In this document: in pieces, positions 33,981 to 43,651 of the stretch | How positions within the stretch are numbered: position 1 is the first letter of the stretch | Layout of the letters: each line of letters begins with the position of its first letter | Source of the DNA: an uncultured Actinomycetes bacterium | GTDB lineage: Bacteria > Actinomycetota > Actinomycetes > S36-B12 > CAIYMF01 | Assembly (NCBI GenBank): GCA_963729885.1 | Contig: CAVSQK010000041.1 | Span: 9,741-73,740 of the forward strand | DNA: 64,000 nucleotides | Direction: 5' to 3' | Made by a program: the position numbers and the translations under genes | The notes under the pieces: generated by a model | What the model saw: the letters and a program-made list of their open reading frames with translations, nothing else | Told to the model about the DNA's origin: nothing | Database searches by the model: none

Positions 33981-35817
33981 ATGTCGGCGCCGCCACGCGC
34001 GCTGCGGCGCGCCGCCGTGGCCGGCGCGGTCACCGCACTCCTGCTCGGCGGGCCTGACGCCCCTGGCCTCGACGTCGAGCGCCATCACCCCCCAGGCCGA
34101 GCAGACGTGGGAGACCGGGATCATCAGCGGCGTCGCCGACGGCGACACCGTGCTCGTGGACATCCAGACCGCCGCGGACCCCGGGTTCATCGCGCCGGCC
34201 GCCTCACTGGACCCGGCCGTTCCCTCCGCACGCTCCTACTGCGCCGAACGGATCAACCCCGACGGCTCGATGCCCGCCCCGGACAACGACCTCGACGACT
34301 GCCGCGTCCGCCTCAGCGGGATCCAGGCCCCCGAGAAGGCCGGTGCGTCCGGGGGGTCGGCCCTCGAGCAGTGCCGGGCCAGTGCCGCGACCGCCGCGCT
34401 CGAAGGCGGTCCTGCCCGAGGGCACCCCGGTCCAGCTGCGCTCGATCAACGTCCGCTCGGTCGAGGACGACTACTCCGAGGGCAGGCTGGCCCGATCGGT
34501 GTACTACCAGGACGCCACCGGGACCTGGGTGGACGCCGGGCGCGCCGTGCTCGCCGGGGGGCATGCCATGTGGTTCCCGCACAGCGTCGGCGACCTGGAG
34601 AAGCCGGAGTACGCCCACAACCTCGAGTACCGGCGGCTGGTGGACGACGCCGCCGCGCGCGGCGTGGGCCTCTGGTCGGCGAACCTCTGCGGACCGTCGG
34701 CGCCGGCGGCCGTGCGCACGTGGGTCGTCTCGGACCCGATCGGCGACGACGCCAACAACGAGTACGTGGTGGTGCTCAACGACTCCGATGCCGCCCTGGA
34801 CGTCAGCGGGTGGACCGTGCGCGACTCATCGCTGACCACCGCTCACCCTGCCCGCGGGGACCGTCATCGGCCCGCGTGACCACATCCGCGTCCTCACCGG
34901 CTCCGGGGCGCCGGGGACGCCCACGCCGCGCGACTTCCACTTCGGGGGGCCGGCCCAGATGTTCGCCAACTGGGATCCCGCCGCCGGCTACTTCTACGGC
35001 GACGGCGCCTACGTGTACGACGCCCAGCCCGGGTACGCCTACGGCAACCTCCGCGCGTGGTTCCACTACCCGTGCGACCCGGCCGCGTGCAGCGACCCGC
35101 TCGTCGGGCGGGTCGTGATCTCCGCGGTGCAGTACGACCCGCCCGGGACCGACACCGCTGCCGGGCGAGTACATCGAGTTCCGCAACGTCACATCGGCGC
35201 CGGTCAGCCTCGGCGGGTACGCGTTCGGCCGGCAGGGCTCGCAGTACCCGTTCCCACCGGCCACGGTGATCCCTGCCGGCGGGACCCTGCGCCTGTCGAT
35301 GGGGGCTGGCGTCGACACCGCCGACACCCTGTTCCTGGGTCGCACCGCGAGCCTGCTGACCAACGCCGGCGACCACCTCACGCTGGTCAACCTCAACCAC
35401 GCGCCGGTCGACTGCCGCGCGTGGGGGGCCTTCAGCTGCGCCGGACTGCCGGTCAGCGGCCCGCTGACGACCCCGGCGATGGCGGTGGCACCGGCCCCGC
35501 CCGCGGCCGTGGCACCGACCACCCGACCGGCCGCCCCCACCGCGGTGCGGGCCACGTCGAAGTCCAAGCGGGTCACCGTCCGCTGGTCGGCGCCGGCGCC
35601 CAACGGCACCAAGAAGGTCACCAAGTACCGCGCGAAGGTCTACCTGAGCTCCGGGAAGTCGCTGAAGTACCGCACGTCGTGCACCGCCAAGTCGCGCACC
35701 CTCACGTGCCGGACCAAGAAGCTGATCAAGGGCCGGACGTACGTCGTCAAGGTCCAGGCCCGCAACGCGAAGGGGTATGGCGCGGCCTCGACGCCGGTGA
35801 CCGTCCGGGTGAGGTGA
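33981..35817 (+). pseudogene. secreted multidomain protein: signal peptide, thermonuclease (SNase)-like domain, two lamin-tail domains, fibronectin type III domain; four frameshifts
   Basis: [24 protein letters not shown] (ORF 33849 frame), then GVADGDTVLVDI...VRLSGIQAPE (ORF 32746 frame), then EGRLARSVYY...GLWSANLCG and NNEYVVVLNDSDAALDVSGWTVRDSS (ORF 34343 frame), then VVISAVQYDPPGTD (ORF 34959 frame), then TLRLSMGAG...KRVTVRWSAPAPNGTKKVTKYRAKV...VKVQARNAKGYG (ORF 35266..35817). The shifts are near 34050, 34400, 34850 and 35165. Confidence 0.65.
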
Positions 35818-35922
35818 CCCTGGGCCAGGTCCTGCCCCGCAACGAGAACGTCACCCAGCCCTCATCCGCGACACGCGACCGCAACACACCGGAAACGGCC
35901 AGCCCCTCGGGCCGACCTACAC

Positions 35923-37456
35923 TTGGCGCCCGTGAACCCCAACCCCACAGACCAGGCAGAGATCCCTGACCTGGCAGCGAATCCACCCACCCGCACCGAC
36001 CTCCCCCGCCTGGGACCGCTGGTTCGAGCTGACCCGACGGGGGTCCACGCTCGGCACCGAGTTCCGCGGCGGCCTGGTCACCTTCTTCACGATGGCCTAC
36101 ATCGTCGTGCTGAACCCGCTGATCATCGGCACCGCCAAGGACGTCAACGGGACCTACATCGGCGGCGGGGACAACCCCGTCGTCTCCATCGGCCTCGTGG
36201 CCGGCGCGACCGCGCTCGTCGCCGGCATCCTCACGATCGCCATGGGCGCCATCGGGCGCTTCCCCCTGGCGATCGCCGCCGGACTTGGCCTCAACAGCTT
36301 CCTGGCCTACACGATCGCGCCGCTGATGACCTGGCCGCAGGCCATGGGCCTGGTCGTCCTCGAGGGCCTCATCATCTTCGCGCTGGTGCTGACCGGCCTG
36401 CGCGTCAAGGTGTTCAACGCCATCCCCGAGGCACTCAAGTACGCCATCGGAGTCGGCATCGGCCTGTTCATCGCCCTGATCGGGCTGGTCGACGCCGGCA
36501 TCGTGCGCCCGGGCATCCCGTTGATCTCGTTCGGGGTCAACGGCGCACTGCGGGGCTGGCCCGCCCTGGTGTTCGTGTTCGGCCTGCTGCTGATGATCGT
36601 GCTCGTGACCAAGCGTGTGAAGGGCGCGATCCTGATCGGGATCCTGGCCACAGCCGCGCTGGCCGTGGCCGTCGAGGCGGCGTTCAGCATCGGGCCGTTC
36701 AACGACGGGAACCCCGACACCCCGAACAACCCGGTCGGGTGGGCGCTGAACGTCCCGCGCTTCCCGGACACCTGGTTCAGCACCCCGGACCTGAGCATCC
36801 TCGGGCAGTTCTCCCTGGTCGGAGCCTTCAGCGCGGTGGGCATCGTGACCGCATCGCTGTTCGTGTTCTCCCTGCTGCTCACCGACTTCTTCGACACCAT
36901 CGGCACGGTGACCGGCCTGTCCCACGAGGCCGGGCTGACTGGCGAGGACGAGGAGATCCCGCACCTCGAGTCCATCCTGCTCGTCGACTCCGCCGCTGCT
37001 GCCGTGGGCGGCATGGCGTCGGTCTCGAGCAACACCAGCTACATCGAGAGCGCGGCCGGCATCGGCGAGGGGGCCCGCACCGGCATCGCGGCCATCGTGG
37101 CCGGCGTGCTGTTCCTGCTGGCGATGTTCGTGACCCCGCTGGTGTCGGTGATCCCCTACGAGGCGGCAACCCCGGCGCTGGTGATCGTCGGCTTCCTGAT
37201 GATGACCCAGATCAAGCACATCCCGTTCGACGACTACACGATCGGGATCCCCGCCTTCCTGACCATCATCATCATGCCGTTCACCTACTCGATCGCGAAC
37301 GGCATCGGCGCCGGCATCGTCACCTACACGCTCCTGCAGATCGCGACGGGCAGGACGCGTCAGATCCCGGTCCTGCTGTGGATCGTCTCAGCGGCGTTCG
37401 TGATCTACTTCGCGATCGACCCGGTGACCCAGCTGCTCGACTCGATCACCGGCTGA
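35923..37456 (+). pseudogene. NCS2 family purine (adenine/guanine/hypoxanthine) permease; N-terminal frameshift
   Basis: ORF 36092..37456 (FFTMAYIVVLNPLIIG, many TM segments). Its frame continues upstream through DRWFELTRRGSTLGTEFRGGLVTFF without any start codon. The nearest start (TTG 35923) is in another frame, so a shift is needed near 36015. Confidence 0.8.
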
Positions 37457-37550
37457 TCACCCCTCCCCCGTCCACCAGGGGCGCCCGTCCATGCGGCGGG
37501 CGCCCCTCTCGTCTCCGGGCTGGCGCGGTGCCGGGTGGGAGGATCACCGC

Positions 37551-38153
37551 GTGATCCGCGACGCCACCCCCGCCGACGCCCCGCAGCTGTACCGGATCTG
37601 CCTGCTGACCGGCGACGCCGGCCGAGACGCCTCTGCCCTGCACGCCGACCCGGACCTGCTGGGCGAGGTCTACGTGGGCCCCTACCTCAACGTGGAGCCC
37701 GCCGTGGCCGGGGTGGCGATCGACGGGAGTGGGGCTGCCCTCGGGTACGTCCTGGGGACCCCGGACACGACGGCGTTCCTGGCCGCGTGCGAGGGACAGT
37801 GGTGGCCCGCACTCCGGGACCGGCACCCGCTGCAGGCCACCGGAACCCACCGGACGCCTGCCGACCAGTCCCTGGTCGAGCTCATCCACGCCCCCCATGT
37901 CCCGGACGCCGCGCTGGTCGCGGACCACCCCGCCCACCTGCACATCGACCTGCTCCCCGAGGCGCAGGGCCAGGGGCTGGGCCGGGCCCTGATCGAGTGG
38001 CTGCTCAGCCGGCTGGCCGAGTCGGGCGCCCGCGGGGTGCATCTGGGCGTCGATCCGCGGAACGCCTCGGCCGTCGCCTTCTACGAGCGCCTCGGGTTCA
38101 CCCGCTGGGGGTCGGACCCGGGCACGGTGACCCTGGTGCGTCGGCTGGGGTGA
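37551..38153 (+). CDS. GNAT family N-acetyltransferase
   Basis: GTG at 37551 (VIRDATPADAPQLYRICL) in ORF 37491..38153. Acetyl-CoA site QGQGLGRALIEWLL and AVAFYERLGF. Confidence 0.7.
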   Translation: MIRDATPADAPQLYRICLLTGDAGRDASALHADPDLLGEVYVGPYLNVEPAVAGVAIDGSGAALGYVLGTPDTTAFLAACEGQWWPALRDRHPLQATGTHRTPADQSLVELIHAPHVPDAALVADHPAHLHIDLLPEAQGQGLGRALIEWLLSRLAESGARGVHLGVDPRNASAVAFYERLGFTRWGSDPGTVTLVRRLG

Positions 38154-38273
38154 CGCTCAGCGCCCTCCCGGTGATCCATGCAGGTTCGCGACCCTCCAGC
38201 GTCACCAACGTGCACGGTCACCGGTGGGGCGGGCCGGGTCGCGCGGTGGTCCGACCCGGCGCACAATCGGGGC

Positions 38274-38600
38274 GTGGGCAACTGGGGCTCGTACTCGTTC
38301 CTCTTCGGGCCGATGATCGCCCTCGTGGCCCTCGCTGGGCTCGCCCTCGTGGCCCGCTGGGCCAGCCAGACCGGCACCTCGCTGATCGAACGGCCCGCTC
38401 GCCGGGGCAGTGCCGAGGAGTACGGCCTGATGATCCCCGTGGCCAGCCCGGCCAACGCGCGTGCCTCGCGCGACGTCGCCGCACGTCTCACGGCTGCCGG
38501 GGTGCGCTGCCGCGAGGTCACCACCACCGAGGGGCCGCGCGTGATGGTCTGGGCCGAGGACGTGGCCCGCGCCCGAGCCGTCCTGGACTCCCCGCGCTGA
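38274..38600 (+). CDS. hypothetical membrane-anchored protein
   Basis: GTG at 38274 in ORF 38178..38600. One TM helix (FLFGPMIALVALAGLALVA), then a small alpha/beta-looking domain. No family recognised with confidence. Confidence 0.35.
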   Translation: MGNWGSYSFLFGPMIALVALAGLALVARWASQTGTSLIERPARRGSAEEYGLMIPVASPANARASRDVAARLTAAGVRCREVTTTEGPRVMVWAEDVARARAVLDSPR

Positions 38601-38724
38601 CGGGCACGCCGGGCGTCATGGGGGGATCCGTGGCAGGGTTTCGCAGGTGCCGCGGGCACTCCCCGGCACCGCGATCCATCTGCGCCCGCCACCGGCGGGG
38701 AGCACCCCCGAGAGGAAACCCTGC

Positions 38725-39039
38725 ATGTCCGAGAACCCCCTGCTCGACACCATCGTCGGGATCAACGCCGTCTCACTGTCCAACCTGGACAACAGCCTCG
38801 AGGCCATCCTGCTGGTCCGGCTCGCAGCGCTTGTGGCCGTCGATGCACCTCCGGCCTCGTACCTGGCCACCCTGCGCGCAGCCGAGGGCACGCTGCTCCA
38901 GCTGGAGGACGCCCGCAGCGTCCTGATCGCCGTCGCCCCCATCGTGGGCGTCCCGAGGGTCATCTCCGCGGCGCGCAACCTGGCCGAGGCGATCGGCTTC
39001 GAGCTCGACATCGCCGAGGCGCTGGCCGAGGAGGCCTGA
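38725..39039 (+). CDS. carboxymuconolactone decarboxylase (CMD/AhpD-like) family protein
   Basis: ATG at 38725 (MSENPLLDTIVG) in ORF 38647..39039. LLVRLAALVAVDAPPASY...IAVAPIVGVPRVISAA resembles the CMD helix pattern. Confidence 0.5.
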   Translation: MSENPLLDTIVGINAVSLSNLDNSLEAILLVRLAALVAVDAPPASYLATLRAAEGTLLQLEDARSVLIAVAPIVGVPRVISAARNLAEAIGFELDIAEALAEEA

Positions 39040-39106
39040 GCCCCACGGACGTGCCGCGCCCCCGGTCGATGGGCCGGGGGCGCGGCCATGTCCGGCGTCC
39101 GAGGAC

Positions 39107-40480
39107 TCAGGCGTAGCGCAGGAGCAGGTACGGGGCGCAGATCGCGATGGACAGCACCGCCGTGGGGATGCCGTAGCGCAGCCACTGGGCGAATGTGATC
39201 GTCAGGCCGTACCGGGCCGCCACCCCGACGATCACCACATTGGCACTGGCCCCGATGAGCGTGGCGTTCCCGCCGAGGTCGGCGCCCAGGGCCAGCGACC
39301 ACCACAGTGCCCCGTCAGTCCCGAGCGCGGGGTTGGTGGCGATCAACGAGTCCACGACCGGGGTCATCGCGGCGACGAAGGGGATGTTGTCGATGACGGC
39401 CGAGGCAACCGCGGATCCCCCCAGCACGACCATCAGCGTGGGCGCCACAGCCGCGCCCGTGAGATCGGCGATCCGGGCGGCCAGGGCCTCCAGCGCCCCG
39501 ACGCGGACCAGTGCGCCCACGATGACGAACAGGCCCATGAAGAACGCCAGCGTCTCCCACTCGACCTCCTTGAGCAGCTCCCCCACACGCAGGGGCGACA
39601 GCAGGATCAGGACACCGGCGCCGAGCAGTGCGACCACCGCGGGCGAGAGCCCCGTCTGGCGCTGGGTCAGGAACCCGACCACGATGGCGGCCAGCACGAC
39701 GACCGAGGCAACCAGCATCCGCCGGTCGGTGATCGCCGAGTCCTCATCCATCGCTGCCAGGGCCTCGGCGTGCTCGGGTCGCGCGCGCAGGTCCGCGCGG
39801 AACATCCACAGCGCCAGCGCCACGAAGGCGGCCAGGACCACCAGGACCACCGGGGCCATGTGGATCAGGAAGTCGTTGAACGTGAGGTCCGCCCGGCTGG
39901 CGATGATGATGTTCGGCGGGTCGCCGACCAGGGTCGCCGCACCCCCGATGTTGGACGCGAAGGCCTCGGCCAGCAGGAACGGCACCGGCCTGATCCCCAG
40001 CTGGCGGCAGACGGAGATCGTCAGCGGGGCGATGAGCAGGACGGTGGTGACGTTGTCCAACAGGGCGGAGGCACCGGCCGTCACCAGGACCAGCAGGACC
40101 AGCAGCTTCCGGGGGCGCCCGCCGGCCAGCTTCGCCGAGTGGATCGCCATGTACTCGAACGCCCCGGTCCGCCGCAGGATCCCGACGACGAGCATCATCC
40201 CCAGCAGCAGGAAGATGACGTCCCAGTCGATCCCCGTCTCGGGCGAGTAGAACGCGTCCTCGGTGTCCACGATGCCGAACGCGAGGACCAGCCCGGCGCC
40301 GCCCAGCGCAGCGGCGACCCGATGCACCCGCTCGGTGGCCACCAGGACGTACACGCCCACGAAGATGGCCACGGCCGCCCAGCCCGACGGTCCCAGCGCC
40401 GCGGGGTCCGACCCTGTCCACGGGGCAGCGAACAGGGCCATCGGCACGAGCCCCACCCTACGCAGCGCCGCTGCGGACAC
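39107..40480 (-). CDS. ArsB/NhaD (citrate-transporter-like) family permease
   Basis: ORF 39107..40480 carries LLDNVTTVLLIAPLT and SNIGGAATLVGDPPNIIIAS, repeated in the second half as IDNIPFVAAMTP and GGNATLIGASANVV. Confidence 0.75.
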   Translation of the reverse strand: MSAAALRRVGLVPMALFAAPWTGSDPAALGPSGWAAVAIFVGVYVLVATERVHRVAAALGGAGLVLAFGIVDTEDAFYSPETGIDWDVIFLLLGMMLVVGILRRTGAFEYMAIHSAKLAGGRPRKLLVLLVLVTAGASALLDNVTTVLLIAPLTISVCRQLGIRPVPFLLAEAFASNIGGAATLVGDPPNIIIASRADLTFNDFLIHMAPVVLVVLAAFVALALWMFRADLRARPEHAEALAAMDEDSAITDRRMLVASVVVLAAIVVGFLTQRQTGLSPAVVALLGAGVLILLSPLRVGELLKEVEWETLAFFMGLFVIVGALVRVGALEALAARIADLTGAAVAPTLMVVLGGSAVASAVIDNIPFVAAMTPVVDSLIATNPALGTDGALWWSLALGADLGGNATLIGASANVVIVGVAARYGLTITFAQWLRYGIPTAVLSIAICAPYLLLRYA

Positions 40481-40537
40481 ACGGCCGCGGCGTCAGACCC
40501 ACGCCTCGACCCGGTGACGTCGATCGTCAGCCAGTGC

Positions 40538-40801
40538 TCACTCCGACTTGTCGGCGATGTACTGCGCCACGATCGTCGCCAGGCTGATGTAGGCCCAGGT
40601 GATCGCCGTGACGAAGGCCATGCCGACACTCCAGGCCAAGGTCAGCAGGAGGGCATCGAAGCCATCCTGGAACAGCGCCATGACGGAGTTGACCAGGCCG
40701 ACGCAGACGGCGAGCCCGCCCACGACGACGAGGACGACGGCCAGCATGTTGAAGATGTTGCTCACCTTGGAGGCCCTGACGGCCAGTCGGGTGTCACTCA
40801 T
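40538..40801 (-). CDS. small hypothetical membrane protein (2 TM)
   Basis: ATG at 40801 (MSDTRLAVRASKVSNIFNMLAVVLVVVGGL) in ORF 40538..40843. Confidence 0.4.
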   Translation of the reverse strand: MSDTRLAVRASKVSNIFNMLAVVLVVVGGLAVCVGLVNSVMALFQDGFDALLLTLAWSVGMAFVTAITWAYISLATIVAQYIADKSE

Positions 40802-41304
40802 GATGCACTCCTTCTTTGGGCGGGGACTGCGGGAAGTGGCCACGGCGCCGGCGACCCGGATCCGGGGACTGCGTTCAGCGCGTGATCAGCGGGCCGCAGA
40901 TCGCCCCCAAGGTCAGGAGGGATCGCAACCCGGACCCCGGCCCGACGCTGCCAGCGTGACGAATCGATCCATCGGTCGCCCATCAGGGCACCTTCCGGTG
41001 GGACCGCGGCCCCAGACGAGGGTCGGAACGTCAACTCGCCCGGAACTTGACGACCTGTGCAGCATTTCGACCATCCTCTCCCTTCCGGGGAAAGTCAATG
41101 CGCGACCGACACGAGAATCACGGCTGTTGCAGCGCGAGATGACGCCCCAAGTGCCCTCGTCTGCGCCACCGAGGTCGCGTCGATCGCACAACAGCCACCG
41201 CTGCCTTGAACGAGGGGAACCATCGGGCGTAACGTCCGAGTCGCCGTGACCGGGCCGGTTGACTCCTGTCACGCTTCGGTGATCCCCAGATCGAGGAGTG
41301 TGCG

Positions 41305-42171
41305 ATGAAGACGGTGTGCGTCACGGGCGCCGGGGGCATGACCGGGTCAGCCACCGTGCTGCGCCTGATCGCTGACGGGTACTCGGTCGTGGGGGCTGAC
41401 CTCGCGCCGTTGCCGGCCTCGCTGCCGCCGCAGTGGTCGTTGCCGGCTTTCCAGTACGTGACCTGCGACCTGACCGACTACGGGGACACGGTTGACGTCC
41501 TGAGCGGTGTCGACGCCGTGGTCCACATCGCCAACGTGCCAGCGCCCGGTCTGCGCCCGGCGTCCCGAACGATCAACGAGAACACGGCGATGAACACCAA
41601 CGTGTTCCTCGCGGCTGCCCAAGTGGGCCTCGAGCGCGTGGTCTGGTCGAGCAGCGAGACGACGCTTGGGCTCAACTTCGACGCGGTCAACAAGCCGCGA
41701 TACCTGCCCGTCGACGAGGATCACAGCCCCTATCCGAAGACCACATACGCGCTGTCGAAGGTGCTCGCGGAGACCACCGCCCGGCACGTGTCCGACTGGT
41801 CGGGGATCCCGTTCGCGGGCTTGAGGCTGTCCAACGTGATCCGGCCTGAGGCGTACGCCGACTTCCCCCAGGCATGGGCCGATCCGGCGAAGCGCCAGTT
41901 CAACCTCTGGAGCTACATCGACGTACGCGATGCGGCTGCAGCGTGCAGCGCGGCGCTGACGGCCGACGTCCACGGCGCGGACGAGTTCATCATCGCAAGT
42001 CCCGAGACCACGATGCCGATCCCCACCCAGGACCTGATCGACCGCCACTACCCGACCGTGGAGGTCCGGCGCGCCTTGGGCGCCCACGAGTCGCTGCTGT
42101 CCAGCCAGCGGGCCCGCGACATCCTCGGATTCACAGCCACGCACAGCTGGCGCGATCACGTGTCGGCCTGA
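41305..42171 (+). CDS. NAD-dependent epimerase/dehydratase family protein
   Basis: ORF 41305..42171 has the Rossmann motif VTGAGGMTGSA and the YxxxK catalytic motif (YALSK). Confidence 0.8.
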   Translation: MKTVCVTGAGGMTGSATVLRLIADGYSVVGADLAPLPASLPPQWSLPAFQYVTCDLTDYGDTVDVLSGVDAVVHIANVPAPGLRPASRTINENTAMNTNVFLAAAQVGLERVVWSSSETTLGLNFDAVNKPRYLPVDEDHSPYPKTTYALSKVLAETTARHVSDWSGIPFAGLRLSNVIRPEAYADFPQAWADPAKRQFNLWSYIDVRDAAAACSAALTADVHGADEFIIASPETTMPIPTQDLIDRHYPTVEVRRALGAHESLLSSQRARDILGFTATHSWRDHVSA

Positions 42172-42263
42172 TCCAGGCTGTCGCTGGCCCCCGGCAGGAG
42201 CCGTCGCCCAGCCTGCGGCCGGGATCCTCCTCGAATCCTGCGTGGGATGCACTGGGTGACCAG

Positions 42264-42280
42264 GGGTCCCGTCGGGACCC
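42264..42280 (-). terminator. hairpin just 3' of the tRNA-Arg fragment
   Basis: GGGTCCC-gtc-GGGACCC lies 11 nt from the fragment end. It has the same position and style as the hairpins after tRNA-Ala and the intact tRNA-Arg. Confidence 0.45.
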
Positions 42281-42291
42281 TTGTCGCCCAG

Positions 42292-42333
42292 TGCCCCCGG
42301 CAGGATTCGAACCTGCGGCCTGTGGTCTAGGAA
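42292..42333 (-). repeat. 42-nt copy of the 3' half of tRNA-Arg(CCT), anticodon loop to discriminator; putative att scar
   Basis: TGCCCCCGGCAGGATTCGAACCTGCGGCCTGTGGTcTAGGAA versus 60255..60296 (...GTGGTtTAGGAA). There is 1 mismatch in 42, in the same orientation. The 5' half of the tRNA is absent here. Confidence 0.85.
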
Positions 42334-42584
42334 TTGCATTGGGGGTATTGTCCGTCAATGTTCATGAATGCCAGTAACAGCCTGCTGACCTGCACTGACG
42401 CCTCACAGATTGCCGCGCGAAATTCGCCCTTGCGCACCCCCTCTACCCTCCATTCGCCATCCGATCTGGCACGAATCCGGCACGCGGAAATGTCCTATGG
42501 ACAGCACATCCTCCACGACCGCGTACCCCGATCCGCGAGATCCTCTCGGCAGGGCTGGGTCCGGGGCGCACCACCGAGGGCTGG

Positions 42585-43013
42585 TCAGGGGTGGCGGCGA
42601 TCCAGGAACCGGCCGGTCACGGCGATCGCGGCCGCGCCGAGGGCTCCGACGACCCCGACCACCGTGAAGCCGATGAGGCGAGCCGCCGGACCCACGGCGA
42701 TGCTCGGCTCCCCGGTGGACAGCATGGTCGTGACGGCGACCAGGGCCAGGCCGGCAAGGAACCCGGCGAGGGCTGCCCGAACGATGGCGGCGCCGGCTCC
42801 CCGGGTGTCCCACAGGTCGAGCAGGAGCGGCAGGCCGCGCCAGACGGCGACGCCGAGCAGTGCACCGTACGCGACGATCACCAGGAATCCCGGGGGCGGA
42901 GGCCGATCGGCCCCCGCAGCCATCACCAGCACGAAGAGCGCGCCCGACGCCCACCCGAGCCGGGCCGCGAGCCGTCGGCGCCCGTCGCTGCGGGCAGCGT
43001 CGACGTGCGTCAC
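42585..43013 (-). CDS. hypothetical membrane protein (4 TM)
   Basis: ORF 42585..43013 consists of hydrophobic Ala/Gly/Leu/Val-rich helices. No family recognised. Confidence 0.4.
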   Translation of the reverse strand: MTHVDAARSDGRRRLAARLGWASGALFVLVMAAGADRPPPPGFLVIVAYGALLGVAVWRGLPLLLDLWDTRGAGAAIVRAALAGFLAGLALVAVTTMLSTGEPSIAVGPAARLIGFTVVGVVGALGAAAIAVTGRFLDRRHP

Positions 43014-43023
43014 CGTGCCGCGG

Positions 43024-43554
43024 TCACGGGGTGACCAAGGGGCAGGTCACCGTGGGGCGTGCCTCATCGAGCAACCACGCTCCGGTGACCCGGACACCGG
43101 TCAGCGCCTCGGCGAGGGCAAGTGCGGCGTGGATCGGTTGCCCGTCGGCTGCGCCGGCCTCCTCAGGCATCGGGTCACCGACCTCGCTGGCGCCCAGGAC
43201 TGGATCGAAGACCCGCACCAGGACACCATCGCGCGCATAGCCGAACCGGGAATCCAGGTTGACGTTCCAGAACACCATCACCGCCCGACCCCCGGCGGAC
43301 AGGCCGGCCAGCACGGCATCCTGGGAGCAGACGTACCCGTTGGGCTCCACGAGGACGGTCCACCCGTCGATCACGCCGACCTGGATGGCGAACCGCTCGG
43401 CGGCGAAGTCCTGGTCGTCAGCCGCCTGCTCGAACGTCGTGCTGCGTCGACTGCTCGGATCGGCACCGAGCCGCCGCTCGACCTGGTCGGGCGTGAGGCC
43501 CTCGATGAACGTCAGGCACACGGCCGGAACACCATCAGCCCACTCGAATCCCAT
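43024..43554 (-). CDS. hypothetical protein resembling the actinobacterial DUF6461 family
   Basis: ORF 43024..43554 carries CLTFIEGLTPDQVERRLGA, GWTVLVEPNGY, FWNVNLDSRFGYARDGVLVRVFDP and ALALAEALTGVRV. These match my memory of DUF6461 proteins. Not verifiable here. Confidence 0.45.
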   Translation of the reverse strand: MGFEWADGVPAVCLTFIEGLTPDQVERRLGADPSSRRSTTFEQAADDQDFAAERFAIQVGVIDGWTVLVEPNGYVCSQDAVLAGLSAGGRAVMVFWNVNLDSRFGYARDGVLVRVFDPVLGASEVGDPMPEEAGAADGQPIHAALALAEALTGVRVTGAWLLDEARPTVTCPLVTP

Positions 43555-43651
43555 GGCGCCATCATGGCAAACATCGGCTGCCCCATCCGGTGCATGCGGG
43601 CCTCGACAAGGCCGTCATGTGGTCGACCTCTGGGGCGGGGCGCCGGCATGG

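Noticed and set aside
32746-35118. A 790-aa plus-strand ORF.
   Set aside because: It is a composite. Its first ~1.2 kb is antisense to the ABC ATPase gene. Only the middle segment (about 34050-34400) carries real nuclease-domain sequence, and the rest is out of frame.
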